A stretch of DNA of 64,000 nucleotides from an uncultured Desulfobacterales bacterium (GCA_964194905.1 CAXMOD010000119.1:6813-70812); one strand, 5' to 3'. Counted from the stretch's first letter, positions 8,560-18,463 are shown. The notes: generated from the sequence alone by a model not told the origin. Program-made: numbers and translations.

Positions 8560-10419
8560 GTGGACCCGAGGCTCCGCAGGGTGCGCGTCGCGCTGGGCGC
8601 GGTCCTCCTCGGCCTGGTGCTGCACCTGCTGTTCGGGGACAACCCCTGGCAGGACGGTGTAGCGAGTCGCCTGCGCGAAGGTCAGAAGCCGCTCAACATG
8701 GACTATGCCGCGACCTATCGCTGGTGGATCGCGCTCGTCGACGCCGTGGTGGTGGCGACCCTTCTGGCCACCGCCCGGCGCTGGCTCGGGCCGCGCGACG
8801 TCGGCGTACAGAGCGCGCTGGCGCCGCCGGCGAGAGGGCGGCGCCTGGTGCTCCTCGCCTCGCTCGGGGCGATGATCTTCGCAAGCTTCACCACCGTGCC
8901 GCGCCTCGGTTACTCCTTCTGGGACGACGAGCAGTACACGATGCGCCGCTCGGCGGACGGGCAGTACGTCTACAACGCGCGGGGAGAGCTCTCCTTCCGT
9001 GAGCGCAAGTGGCGCGACACCTGGCTCTACACCCTCAGTCGACCGAACAACCACGTGCCCTTCAGCCTGGTGTCACGCCTCTCGCTGGCGACCTGGCGAG
9101 CGCTGGCCGACCCGCCGCTGCGCATCGCCAACGAGGCGGCTGCACGCTTCCCGGCCTGGGTCTTCGGCACGGCGGCGATCGCGGCCACGGCGCTCTTCCT
9201 CTGGCGCCTGGGTTTCGCGGGTGCGGGCGTCCTGGCGGCGGGCATGCTGGCACTGCACCCCTGGCAGCTGCGCTACGCGTCGGAGGCGCGCGGCTACTCG
9301 CTGCTATTGCTGTGCCTGCCTCTGGTTCTGTGGGCGACGCTGGCTGTGCTGCACCGGGGCACGTGGCGGAACTGGATCGCGCTGGGCGCCGCGCAGGTGA
9401 TGCTCCTCTGGGTGTACCCGGGCGGCGCCCTCATCCTCGGGGTGCTGGGCCTCGGGATCGGCGTCGCGCTGCTGCGCGCGGCGCAGAGTGGGGTCCAGCT
9501 CCAACGCTTCGCGGTGACATCGCTGCTCGCAGGCGCGCTCTGGTGGATCCTGATGGGTCCCAACCTGCTCATGCTCATGTGGCACATCGACTTCAAGGAC
9601 GACCCGTTGACGCGCAGCTTCATCGTCCAGACCGTTGCGCATCTCTGGGTCGGAACGGCGTGGTCCTTCCGACACGCGCCTGAGCACTACGCCGAGCTGC
9701 GAGACGTGGCGACGGCCGCGCCCGTCCTCTTCAAGCTCGCGCTGTGGGGCACTCTCGCAGCAGTCGTCGCGGGCGCGGGACGCCTGGCGGCGCGGCGCGG
9801 GGTCGGGGTTCTCCTGCTCTGCGCGCTCGTGATCCCGGCCCCGCTGACGCTGCTCTATGCGCACGTCACCGAAACCAGGACCTACGAGTGGTACGTCATC
9901 TTCGCGCTCCCCTCGGCGGTGATCCTCTTCTCACTGGGTGTGGAAGCGCTCCGGTTCCTGGTACCCGAGCCCCGTGCGCAGCGCGCGCTCGCCGGCGTCG
10001 GGCTCGCAGCGGTCCTGACCGGCTACGCCTGGCTCACCCACGACGTGCGGGCATCGCTGCGCGCGAACCCCATCCAGCACACCCGAGACGCCGTGCTGCT
10101 GACGCGGCCGAACCTCGATCCATTCTCCGAGGAGAATGCCCGCATCACCACGGCCTCCTTCGCGCGCATACCCTTCTACTACGACCCTCTCGTCCGATTC
10201 GTGGGCGAGCCGGACGACCTGCGCGAGCTGATGGAACGCGCCGACGCCGAGGGCACACCGCTCTTCGTCAACTACGGAAGACCCTCCCTGGCTCGGACGC
10301 GCTTCCCCGCGATGATGGCGATGGTCGCGGACGAGACACTCTTCGTCCCGGTGGCGGAGTTCTGGGGCTTCGAGCCGCGCGGGATGATGCGCGTCTACCG
10401 CTACCGGGGTCAGCCCTAG
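8560..10419 (+). CDS. Large polytopic membrane protein, possibly a GT-C-fold (ArnT/PMT-like) glycosyltransferase
   Basis: 619 aa with more than 10 hydrophobic segments. An early loop carries the acidic motif YSFWDDEQY and there is a large C-terminal soluble domain. The GTG start directly abuts the upstream TAG stop. The family call is tentative. Confidence 0.6.
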   Translation: MDPRLRRVRVALGAVLLGLVLHLLFGDNPWQDGVASRLREGQKPLNMDYAATYRWWIALVDAVVVATLLATARRWLGPRDVGVQSALAPPARGRRLVLLASLGAMIFASFTTVPRLGYSFWDDEQYTMRRSADGQYVYNARGELSFRERKWRDTWLYTLSRPNNHVPFSLVSRLSLATWRALADPPLRIANEAAARFPAWVFGTAAIAATALFLWRLGFAGAGVLAAGMLALHPWQLRYASEARGYSLLLLCLPLVLWATLAVLHRGTWRNWIALGAAQVMLLWVYPGGALILGVLGLGIGVALLRAAQSGVQLQRFAVTSLLAGALWWILMGPNLLMLMWHIDFKDDPLTRSFIVQTVAHLWVGTAWSFRHAPEHYAELRDVATAAPVLFKLALWGTLAAVVAGAGRLAARRGVGVLLLCALVIPAPLTLLYAHVTETRTYEWYVIFALPSAVILFSLGVEALRFLVPEPRAQRALAGVGLAAVLTGYAWLTHDVRASLRANPIQHTRDAVLLTRPNLDPFSEENARITTASFARIPFYYDPLVRFVGEPDDLRELMERADAEGTPLFVNYGRPSLARTRFPAMMAMVADETLFVPVAEFWGFEPRGMMRVYRYRGQP

Positions 10420-11993
10420 TCGGCGTCCAGCTCGAGCTGCACGCCGAAGACCTCCTCGAAGAGGCTGCCCTTCTCGCGCGCGGCATCGAGTTCGACGGCC
10501 GGGGGCTGCACGCCGGGGCTCGGATGCACTGCAATCCGCACTCGACCGGGACCGCCCTCCACGCGCACCTTCAGGTCGGCGACCGCACCGCTGTGACTAC
10601 GGTCGAAGGCGTCGGCGAGGCGAAGCAGTGCGGCCAGTACGCACACACGCGCGCGCTCACCCGCGGCGAGCCCACGGTAACCGGGATCGGCATCATCGGG
10701 GTGTTCGCCCGCGTGGTAGCGAGCCACCAGCGCCACGCGCTCGCGCTCCTCAGGGCGCAGGCCCACGAGATCGCTCGCGCGGATGAGATAGGCGCTGTGC
10801 TCCTGGTGACGGTCGGGTGAGACGAAGCGACCGGCGTCGTGGAGCAGCGCCGCCGCCTCGAGCAGGGTGCGGTCCCGGGTGTCGCGGCCGTGCAGCGAAG
10901 CCGTCGCATCGAACAGCGCCGTGGCATGGCGGCGTACGCACTCGGCGTGGTCCAGGTCGCAGTGGGCCCGGCGCGCCAGGGCGGCGGCCGCGGCCAGCAC
11001 CGTCTCACGTCGTTCGGCCAGCGCCTCCGGGCTATCCGGGTCACCGATGACGTCGCGCTGGAGGCCGTCGCGCAGGCCGACCCGTGGCACCCACAAGCGC
11101 TTCACCCGGGCGAGCCTTGCCAGGTGGCGCAACACCACTGCCGCGGGAACGATGACGTCGGCCCGGTCCGGGAGCAGGCCGTGGCGGGCCGCGCGCTCGG
11201 CGCTCGAGAGGGGGCCCAGCTCCTCGATCCAACGCCCCAGCGCCTGGGTGGAGATCCATTCGACATCACCCTCGGCCCGGCGCGCGCCGCGCTCCGTCTC
11301 CAGGTCGGCGAGCGCCTCCACGTTGCCCCCGCACGCCACCAGCCGTTCGATCGGCTGCTCGGCGAGGCGGTCGACAATGCGGTGATCGCAGCGGGCGGCG
11401 TGCTCCTCCAGCAGGCGCACGAACTTGGGGCCGTGGTCGGCGCCGGCCTGCCGCTCCGCCTGCTGCAGGAGGCGTACCGCGCCGAGCGGGTGCGATTCCG
11501 CAACCTCCGGGTGGGCGCCGGCCACCAGCGTCAGCTCCACACTGCCCCCGCCCAGATCGACGAGCAGCGCGCGTCCGCGCGACGTGTCGATCCGCGCTTG
11601 CACCGCGCGCGCCAGCAGCCAGGCCTCCTCGGTGCCGGAGATCACCTCGATGGGAGCCGGCGCGGCGGCGCTGAGCCGCGCCACCACCTCGTCGCGGTTG
11701 CGGGCCTCACGCAGCGCCGCGGTGGCCACCGCGCGGATCTGCTGGACCCCGTACTGGTCGCAGAGCTCGGCGAAGCGGCGCAGCTCGTGCTCGACCGCGG
11801 CCACCGCATCCTCCGGAATGATCCCCCCGCCGAACGCGCCGGCGCCCAGGCGCACGGGCACCCGGTCGCGGGTGAGCAGCACGGGCTCCCCGGATTCGGA
11901 CCGCTCAACGATCTGCAGGCGCAGCGAATTGCTGCCGAGATCGATGACGGCGCCCCGTCTCGGACGACCCCGCCGCGTGCGCGCCCCCTCCAT
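10416..11993 (-). CDS. ppx: Exopolyphosphatase / guanosine pentaphosphate phosphohydrolase (Ppx/GppA) with HD domain
   Basis: 525 aa. N-terminal AVIDLGSNSLRLQIVE, DLGGGSVELT and ACGGN (ASKHA fold), then an HD region LLHDAGRFVSPDRHQEHSAYLI. Confidence 0.9.
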   Translation of the reverse strand: MEGARTRRGRPRRGAVIDLGSNSLRLQIVERSESGEPVLLTRDRVPVRLGAGAFGGGIIPEDAVAAVEHELRRFAELCDQYGVQQIRAVATAALREARNRDEVVARLSAAAPAPIEVISGTEEAWLLARAVQARIDTSRGRALLVDLGGGSVELTLVAGAHPEVAESHPLGAVRLLQQAERQAGADHGPKFVRLLEEHAARCDHRIVDRLAEQPIERLVACGGNVEALADLETERGARRAEGDVEWISTQALGRWIEELGPLSSAERAARHGLLPDRADVIVPAAVVLRHLARLARVKRLWVPRVGLRDGLQRDVIGDPDSPEALAERRETVLAAAAALARRAHCDLDHAECVRRHATALFDATASLHGRDTRDRTLLEAAALLHDAGRFVSPDRHQEHSAYLIRASDLVGLRPEERERVALVARYHAGEHPDDADPGYRGLAAGERARVCVLAALLRLADAFDRSHSGAVADLKVRVEGGPGRVRIAVHPSPGVQPPAVELDAAREKGSLFEEVFGVQLELDAD

Positions 11994-12008
11994 CAGAAGG
12001 GAAGCCTA

Positions 12009-13118
12009 CTACAGGATGATCACACCCCGGGCGTTCACACCCTTTTCGAGGTCCTCGAAGGCGCGCGCGGCGTCATCGATGGAGTAGGTCTGGGTGATCA
12101 GCTCGTCCAGCTTGAGGCGGCCGCGCTGGTAGAGTTTGATCAGCTTCGGGATGTCGGTCTTGGGCGCGCCCGAGCCGTAGGCCGAGCCGAGGATCGCCTT
12201 CTCCTCCATCCACATCATGGCGGCGGGGAGAGTGACCGTGGCGTCGAACTTGGGCACGCCGATCATCACCGCGGTGCCGCCCTTGCGCACGGACATGTAG
12301 GTTTGGAGCATGGTCTCGCCCAGGCCGATGACCTCGAAGCCGTAGTCGGCCCCCAATCCGCCCGTCAGCTCCTTCACCTTGGCCACGGCGTCGCCGTCGG
12401 TGGTGGGGTTGACGGTGTGGGTCGCGCCGAACTGCTGCGCGTACTCGAGCTTCTTGTCCACCAGGTCCACCGCGATGATGGTCTCAGCACCCGCCAGCGC
12501 GCAGCCCTGGATCACGTTGAGACCGACGCCGCCGGCACCGATCACCACGCACGAGGAGCCCGGCTTCACGTGGGCCCGGTTGATGACCGCGCCCACGCCG
12601 GTCATTACGCCGCAGCCCACCAGGGCGGCCTTGTCCGGAGGCGTGTCGGGATCGACCTTGATCAGGTTGTCCACGTGGAGGGTGGAGTACTCGGCCATGA
12701 CGCCCACGCCCGAGAAGGCGTTGAGCGTTTTGCCGTCGGCGTCGCGCCGCGGCATGGTGCCGTCCTTGGGACCGACGAAGCTCTTCATCCAGTCGTCGCA
12801 CAGGGTCGTACGGCCTTCCTGGCAGAACCGGCACTGGCCGCAGATCGGGATCCAGCAGGGGATGATCTTGTCGCCCTCGGCGTAGCCTTGCACGCCCTCG
12901 CCCACCTCGACGATGCGCCCGCACGCCTCGTGACCGAGCACGATGGGCGGAGGAATCGGCATGGTGCCGTTGGTCGCGGAGAGGTCGGAGTGGCAGACCC
13001 CGATCGCCTCCATCTTGATGGTGACCTGGTTGGGACCCGGTGAGTCGACCTCGATCTCCTCGACGCTCACCGGCTGGTTCCACTGACGGCACACGACGGC
13101 CTTGCCCTTGTAGCCCAT
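12009..13118 (-). CDS. Zn-dependent alcohol dehydrogenase (MDR family, class III-like)
   Basis: ORF 12009..13598 trimmed to ATG 13118 (MGYKGKAVVC). Catalytic Zn site GVCHSDL...GHEACG, structural Zn site CGQCRFCQEGRTTLC, and Rossmann motif VIGAGGVG. Confidence 0.9.
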   Translation of the reverse strand: MGYKGKAVVCRQWNQPVSVEEIEVDSPGPNQVTIKMEAIGVCHSDLSATNGTMPIPPPIVLGHEACGRIVEVGEGVQGYAEGDKIIPCWIPICGQCRFCQEGRTTLCDDWMKSFVGPKDGTMPRRDADGKTLNAFSGVGVMAEYSTLHVDNLIKVDPDTPPDKAALVGCGVMTGVGAVINRAHVKPGSSCVVIGAGGVGLNVIQGCALAGAETIIAVDLVDKKLEYAQQFGATHTVNPTTDGDAVAKVKELTGGLGADYGFEVIGLGETMLQTYMSVRKGGTAVMIGVPKFDATVTLPAAMMWMEEKAILGSAYGSGAPKTDIPKLIKLYQRGRLKLDELITQTYSIDDAARAFEDLEKGVNARGVIIL

Positions 13119-13284
13119 GGCTCTTCGCTCCTTGTTCGTGACCGTCACGGGGGGTCCGGACGGGTCCGAGACGCGACAGTCTATTGGAGGGCCCTGCCAG
13201 CCGCCAACGAGCCGAGGGACGCCGACCCCACGGCGCCAATCGGAGCGCGGACTCCTATACTGCCCCGACCCGGAGGAAACCCCG

Positions 13285-14169
13285 ATGCCCGTCCGCGCCT
13301 TCCGACCTGAGGACGCTCCCGTGCTGGCGAGGATCTCCGCCGACTGCCTGCACGGCGAGGCGGACTTCGTCCTGAACCCGCTGTGGGAAAGCGAAGACGA
13401 GCTCGTTGCGGAGTTCGAGCGCCACGGGATCGACCCGTCGGAGCACATCCGGGTCGCCGAAGCGGAGGACGGCACGGTGGTCGGCCTCTCGGGCTTCCTG
13501 CGCCGTCCGGGGTCCGCCATCGCGGGACTGCTCTGCCCGGTGGTCGACACCCCCGAGCGCGGCCGGGGTGTCGGCGGGGAGCTCCTGCGCGCCACCATCG
13601 CTCACGGCCGCACCCTGGGTGTGCAGCTCATCGTGGCGGGCATCGGCACACGCAACCGCTCGGGCTACTCGCTGCTCACCGCCTTTGGCTTCCGGCCGGT
13701 GCGCCAGCACTTCCTGATGCGCTGCGACGAACCCCCCGCCGAGCCGAAGAGCCCGGTGCCCAACATGGAGTTCGCCTGGGCCGAGGCCGAGGACGCGGGC
13801 GAGGTGCTCGCCCTCTACGCGGCGTGCGGGTTCGAGGCACGCACCGAGAAGGTGATGGACAGCGCCATCGCCGACGAGAGACATGTGCACGCGGTGGCGC
13901 GCCTCGACGGGCGCATCGCGGCGTTCGCAGAGATCGAGACCCACTGGCCGAAGCGCGTGTGGGTCGCCTTCGTCGGAGTGGCCCTCGAACAGCGTGGCAA
14001 GGGTGTGGGCTCGGCGCTGGTAGCGTGGGCGTTGCGCCGCCAGTTCCAGGGCCAGGCCGAGAGCGCCCTGCTCATGCTCTCGCCTGCCAACCGCACGGCC
14101 TACCGCGCCTACGAGAAGGTGGGCCTGCGCCGCCATCGCACCTTCGACGTCCTCGAGCTCGGCCTCTAG
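13285..14169 (+). CDS. Tandem-GNAT N-acetyltransferase
   Basis: ORF 13117..14169 trimmed to ATG 13285, which is preceded by GGAGGA (13272-13277) and TATACT (13256-13261). Two acetyl-CoA motifs are present: ERGRGVGGELL and QRGKGVGSALV. Confidence 0.8.
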   Translation: MPVRAFRPEDAPVLARISADCLHGEADFVLNPLWESEDELVAEFERHGIDPSEHIRVAEAEDGTVVGLSGFLRRPGSAIAGLLCPVVDTPERGRGVGGELLRATIAHGRTLGVQLIVAGIGTRNRSGYSLLTAFGFRPVRQHFLMRCDEPPAEPKSPVPNMEFAWAEAEDAGEVLALYAACGFEARTEKVMDSAIADERHVHAVARLDGRIAAFAEIETHWPKRVWVAFVGVALEQRGKGVGSALVAWALRRQFQGQAESALLMLSPANRTAYRAYEKVGLRRHRTFDVLELGL

Positions 14170-14170
14170 C

Positions 14171-15055
14171 GTGGCCGGGCGCCTCGGCAGCCTCATCTGG
14201 CGCGCCGGGCGTCCACTGCGACGGGCACGGCGGCGACTCGCGCGGCGCGGGCGCCGCCGTCTCAAGAGGCTGCGCGCCGGCCCCTGGCTGGCCGCCGGCT
14301 CGCCCCGCGCGGAACGCCTCGCTCCCGCGCGTCTCGCGCTGGGCTTCCACCGCGACGGGGTCGAGCGTCTCCTGCATGCGCTGGCCCACACCGGCCGGCC
14401 GGTGCGCTTCGTCCAGGTGGGCGCTTGCGACGGCGAGGTCGGCGACCCGCTCCACTACTTCGTGCGGCGCAGCGGCTGGACGGGAATCCTGGTCGAGCCG
14501 GTGGGCTATCTCTTCGAGCAGCTCGTCGTCAATTACGCGGGATGCACCGGGCTCGTCTTCGAGCGGGCCGCGCTCTCCCGGGAGTGCGGCACCGACGAGT
14601 TTCACTACCTGCGTGCGGGAGCGGGCGACGACCGTCTACCCGAGCTCTACAAGACGGTCGGCTCCCTGTCGGTGGAAAACATCCTGAAGCACGAGGAGCT
14701 GATTCCCGACGCGCGGGAACGGCTCGCATCCGAGACGGTGCCGATCCTCACGCTCGACGCACTCCTGCGCAAGCACGACGTCACGCGGCTCGAGCTCCTG
14801 GTGATCGACGCCGAAGGCCACGACTTCGAGGTGATCGAGGGCCTCGACCTGTCGCGTGTGCGCCCGGAGCTCCTGGTCTACGAACGGCGCCACCTCTCCG
14901 AGGGCGACGATCGCTCGTGCCGCGCCGCGCTAGAGGCCCACGGCTACCGCGTGGTCGCGCTGCGCCGCGACGCACTGGCGGCGGCTCCCGAGGCCCTGGT
15001 CCATCCGTGGCTCGCGCGCGCCTGGCGAACGCTCGAAGAGTCCAAGGAGCGCTGA
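14171..15055 (+). CDS. FkbM-family SAM-dependent methyltransferase
   Basis: 294 aa with FVQVGACDGEVGDP and LLVIDAEGHDFEVIEG, both typical of FkbM. The GTG start lies 1 nt after the upstream TAG. Confidence 0.8.
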   Translation: MAGRLGSLIWRAGRPLRRARRRLARRGRRRLKRLRAGPWLAAGSPRAERLAPARLALGFHRDGVERLLHALAHTGRPVRFVQVGACDGEVGDPLHYFVRRSGWTGILVEPVGYLFEQLVVNYAGCTGLVFERAALSRECGTDEFHYLRAGAGDDRLPELYKTVGSLSVENILKHEELIPDARERLASETVPILTLDALLRKHDVTRLELLVIDAEGHDFEVIEGLDLSRVRPELLVYERRHLSEGDDRSCRAALEAHGYRVVALRRDALAAAPEALVHPWLARAWRTLEESKER

Positions 15056-16263
15056 ATAGGCTCGTCTACAAGCTCGATGGTGGCGATCTCCCGAGCGCAG
15101 TTGAACCGGATCGCGGGACCCGCGACGCCCAGCCCGCGGTTCACGTAGAGCGTGGAGCCGCCCAGCTCGTAGAGCCCGCGGTGGAACCGAAACATGATTC
15201 GCGCCAGGTTGAAGCGGCCGCCCGGGGTCGGCAACGCGAGCTGCCCTCCGTGGGTGTGACCCGCCAGCACCACGCGAAAGCCCAGGCGCGAGGCCTGGGG
15301 AAAGAGCTCCGGGCGGTGCACCAGCAGCACGGTGGGTCCATCTGCGGGACGCCGCGCGGCCAACGCATTCAGCGCCGGCAGCTCCATGCCGCGCGCGCTC
15401 CAGTCGCGCCCCGGGTCCTCGATCCCCGCCATGTAGAGGGGAGGCTCCAGACCGGGCACGGCCTCGATTTCGTCTCGCAGCAGGCGGATGCTTCGCGCGT
15501 GACGCGCCAGGCCCTTCACCACGAGCTCCGTGCCGGTGTAGGTGTCGTGGTTTCCGAGCACGGCGTAGACGCCGAGGCGGGCACGCAGCCCGGCGAGCCC
15601 GCGCGCACCCTCGTCGACGAAGCGCGGGTCGAAGTCGAAGAGGTCGCCGGTGAGGGCGACCAGGTCGGGCTCGAGCGCGTTCACCCGCTCGATCATGCCG
15701 CGCAGCCTCTCGCCCTCCATACCGTTGCCGATGTGGAGGTCGCTGATCTGAACGATGCGCAGGGCGCGGTGGGCGTCGTGCAGATCCTCCACGCGGATGC
15801 GCACCTGGGTGTGCTCCACCCGCCGCTGTCCTCCCGTGAAACCCCAGACGATCATGAAGGCGAGGGCGGCCACCACGGGGACCGTGAGCAGGCGGAAGGT
15901 CTGGAATACGCTCTCGCCGCTGATGCCGAGTGCCGTGAGCAGGCCAGCCACGGGCAGAAAGCCCGCCCACGCCGACAGGATGGCGAGCCCGAGCAGCAGC
16001 GTGCCCATTCCCGCGGCCATGTACACCCGCGAGACGCGCCCACCCCAGCCGCCGCGCCGGTGCGCGCGGCGCAGCACGGGAATCGCCGCGCCGTTGGCCG
16101 CGACCAGGAGTGCGGCCAGCATCAGGCCCGGCAGTGGGCCCGGCCCCGCGCGCCCGGCCAGCACCACGGTCACCCAGTGGCCCACCACCACCTGCATCAC
16201 ACCGAGCAGAAGCCCCAGCGTGATGAAGAGGTTGGAGAACAGGAGCCTGCGCAGTCGGCTCAC
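14944..16263 (-). CDS. Membrane-anchored calcineurin-like metallophosphoesterase
   Basis: ORF 14944..16371 trimmed to GTG 16263, which overlaps the upstream TAG by 1 nt (TAGTG). N-terminal TM helices are followed by ISDLHIG, LTGDLFD, GNHD and AGHTHGG. The C-terminal tail overlaps the convergent FkbM gene by 112 nt. Confidence 0.85.
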   Translation of the reverse strand: MSRLRRLLFSNLFITLGLLLGVMQVVVGHWVTVVLAGRAGPGPLPGLMLAALLVAANGAAIPVLRRAHRRGGWGGRVSRVYMAAGMGTLLLGLAILSAWAGFLPVAGLLTALGISGESVFQTFRLLTVPVVAALAFMIVWGFTGGQRRVEHTQVRIRVEDLHDAHRALRIVQISDLHIGNGMEGERLRGMIERVNALEPDLVALTGDLFDFDPRFVDEGARGLAGLRARLGVYAVLGNHDTYTGTELVVKGLARHARSIRLLRDEIEAVPGLEPPLYMAGIEDPGRDWSARGMELPALNALAARRPADGPTVLLVHRPELFPQASRLGFRVVLAGHTHGGQLALPTPGGRFNLARIMFRFHRGLYELGGSTLYVNRGLGVAGPAIRFNCAREIATIELVDEPIQRSLDSSSVRQARASHGWTRASGAAASASRRSATTR

Positions 16264-17252
16264 TAGAAACGATCCGCCGGCCAGAAGAGCGTGCGGTCGG
16301 GCGGCAGGACCCTTCCCAGCAGGTCCTCGTCGCTCTCGCCGAGCCGCGTGGCCAACCCGGCGGCGGCGCACAGTGACTTGGCGTCGAGGCAGCGCAGCAT
16401 CGCGTTGGGGTCGCCCATGGGCTGCACACGGATGCCGCGCGCGGCCAGTGCCGACGCGAGCGCGCCGTCCGCAGGCGCGGGCCCGTAGGCGCCGCCGCGC
16501 TCCGCGAAGGCGTCCACCAGCAGGGTTGCCAGCCCGTCGGCGCCCGCGGCGTCGGACGCGCGGGCGAACTCCGCGAGGATGGGATGTCCCTCGAGCGCGA
16601 TGAAGCGCGCGTAGGCCACGGGCACGTCGGCGGCGAGCGCCACACGGAAGTCCTCACCGGGATTGCCCGCCAGACGCAGGCTGCCCTCCCAGGTGTCGGC
16701 GTCGCGCATCACCGTGCCCGGACGCGCTGCCGAGTAGGCGGCGTGCAGGTCCCGCACCGCGTCGAGGTGTTCCGCCTGTTCGAAAGGCTCGACGCGCACC
16801 GCGCCATTGGCCGCGGGCGCGTCACTCTCGCGGATGTAGAGCGCGTTCGCCATCGGCCAGGACACCCAGCCGAACTGGGCGTAGAACGTGAGGCGACCCG
16901 TGAAGAGCAGGCCGAGCGCCATGCCGCGCTCCCGCATGGCGTCTTCGGCGCGGGCAAGCACCGCGCTGGCGATACCCCCGCCGCGGTGCTCGGGGTGGGT
17001 GAAGACGCTCCCTATTCCGCCGAGGGAGACGACGCCCTCGCCGAGCCGCAGCGGCCGCGGGAAGATCTGCACGCACGACACGAGGCGACCGCCTTCTTCG
17101 GCGACCCAGAAGTTCTCTTCGCGGAACGAAGGATCGAAGTCCATGTAGCGCGCGAAGAAGTCGCGCCCACGCCAGCCGTCGGGCAGGTCCCAGCGGTCGA
17201 GCAGTTCCAGCACGTGGTCGCGCTCGCCGGGTTCGAGGGTTCGGATCTTCAC
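16263..17252 (-). CDS. GNAT acetyltransferase with Eis-like C-terminal extension
   Basis: 329 aa. Contains THPEHRGGGIASAVL (acetyl-CoA site) followed by about 190 aa resembling the Eis-type second GNAT/SCP2 region. Confidence 0.8.
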   Translation of the reverse strand: MKIRTLEPGERDHVLELLDRWDLPDGWRGRDFFARYMDFDPSFREENFWVAEEGGRLVSCVQIFPRPLRLGEGVVSLGGIGSVFTHPEHRGGGIASAVLARAEDAMRERGMALGLLFTGRLTFYAQFGWVSWPMANALYIRESDAPAANGAVRVEPFEQAEHLDAVRDLHAAYSAARPGTVMRDADTWEGSLRLAGNPGEDFRVALAADVPVAYARFIALEGHPILAEFARASDAAGADGLATLLVDAFAERGGAYGPAPADGALASALAARGIRVQPMGDPNAMLRCLDAKSLCAAAGLATRLGESDEDLLGRVLPPDRTLFWPADRF

Positions 17253-17263
17253 GGGGGGCCGAG

Positions 17264-17269
17264 TATACT
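17264..17269 (+). promoter_or_regulatory. -10 box TATACT, 6 nt upstream of the ATG at 17276 (leaderless candidate)
   Basis: gagTATACTgcctccATG read directly. There is no room for an SD. Confidence 0.35.
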
Positions 17270-17275
17270 GCCTCC

Positions 17276-17602
17276 ATGGCCGACGCCCGTTCGCTCTACC
17301 AGGAGGGCCTCCAGCACTTCGTAGCAGAGCGCTACGACGATGCCATCGCCTGCTACCGGCGGGCCTGCCAGGCCGAGCCCGACGACGCGCTGGCCTGGAA
17401 CGGTCTCACCATGGCGCTCCAGCGCAAAGGCGATCTGGACGGCGCCCTCGAGGCCGGGCGCCGCCTGGTGGAGCTCGAGCCCGACGACGCGCTCGCCCAC
17501 ACCAGCCTCTCCATCATCTACCAGCAGAAGGGCATGATCCAGGAGGCGGAGGATGAGAAGGCGCTGGCGATGCAGCTCCAGATGAAGGCGCAGCGAAAGT
17601 AG
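17276..17602 (+). CDS. Small TPR-repeat protein
   Basis: 108 aa with about three TPR units (AIACYRRACQAEPDDALAWNGLTMAL..., ALEAGRRLVELEPDDALAH...). Confidence 0.75.
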   Translation: MADARSLYQEGLQHFVAERYDDAIACYRRACQAEPDDALAWNGLTMALQRKGDLDGALEAGRRLVELEPDDALAHTSLSIIYQQKGMIQEAEDEKALAMQLQMKAQRK

Positions 17603-17608
17603 GCGCTG

Positions 17609-18457
17609 CTAGCCGCTCCTGCGGGCCCTTGCCTTCTCCACGGCAGCCATCAGCTCGCGGTGCCGCCCTTCGAGGAACTCGCCGTAGCGCGGGTGGGTGA
17701 GGATGAAGGCGTCGTTGGCGCGCACTCCCTCCACCAGCGCCCGTGCCACCTCGGACGGGTCCATCATGTCCTCGGCGTCCGCCTGGGCGTTGCCCGCGAC
17801 CGAACGAACCGTTCCCTTGGCGCGCCCCTGGCCGCCGCCGAGCGACTCGGGACGGCTGCGGTGGGCTTGGAGGATCCCGGTCTGCACGCCGCCGGGGCAC
17901 AGCACCGAGACGCCGATACCGTGGCGTGCCAGGTCGGCGCGCAAGCTCTCCGAGAGTCCCACGACGGCGTACTTGGTGGTGGCGTAGACGCCCACCATCG
18001 GCATGGCCATCAGCCCGCTGATCGACGCCGTGTTGACGACGTGGCGCGCCTCGCCCTCGCCCATCTTCAGCATGCGTGGAACGAAGGCCTGCACGCCGTG
18101 GATCACACCCCACAGGTTGACCTGGATCACCCATTCCCAGTCCTGGTCGCTGCGTTCCTCCAACGGACCCAGCACGATGACACCCGCGTTGTTGTGCAGC
18201 AGGTGACAGGCGCCGAACTCGTCCCAGGTGCGTTTCGCCAGATCTTCAACGGAGTCGCGCTTGGACACGTCGGTCGCCACGGCGAGCGCTCGGCAGCCGG
18301 CCGCCCGCACTTCGTCGGCCACGGCCTCGACGGCGTCTGCGTCCAGGTCCGACACGACCACGTGCATGCCCTCGGCCGCGAGTGCCAGGGCGGTGGCGCG
18401 GCCGATGCCGCCCGCGGCTCCGGTCACCACCGCGACGCGACCGCGCAGCTCCTTCAC
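17609..18457 (-). CDS. Short-chain dehydrogenase/reductase (SDR)
   Basis: 282 aa with VTGAAGGIGRA, NNAG and YATTKYAV (YxxxK). Confidence 0.9.
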   Translation of the reverse strand: MKELRGRVAVVTGAAGGIGRATALALAAEGMHVVVSDLDADAVEAVADEVRAAGCRALAVATDVSKRDSVEDLAKRTWDEFGACHLLHNNAGVIVLGPLEERSDQDWEWVIQVNLWGVIHGVQAFVPRMLKMGEGEARHVVNTASISGLMAMPMVGVYATTKYAVVGLSESLRADLARHGIGVSVLCPGGVQTGILQAHRSRPESLGGGQGRAKGTVRSVAGNAQADAEDMMDPSEVARALVEGVRANDAFILTHPRYGEFLEGRHRELMAAVEKARARRSG

Positions 18458-18463
18458 CCGGCG

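Noticed and set aside
10839-13043. 734-aa plus-strand ORF
   Set aside because: It is a shadow of ppx and the Zn-ADH on the opposite strand, both of which have strong motifs. Its composition is dominated by A/G/R/L/H/D and it has no motifs.
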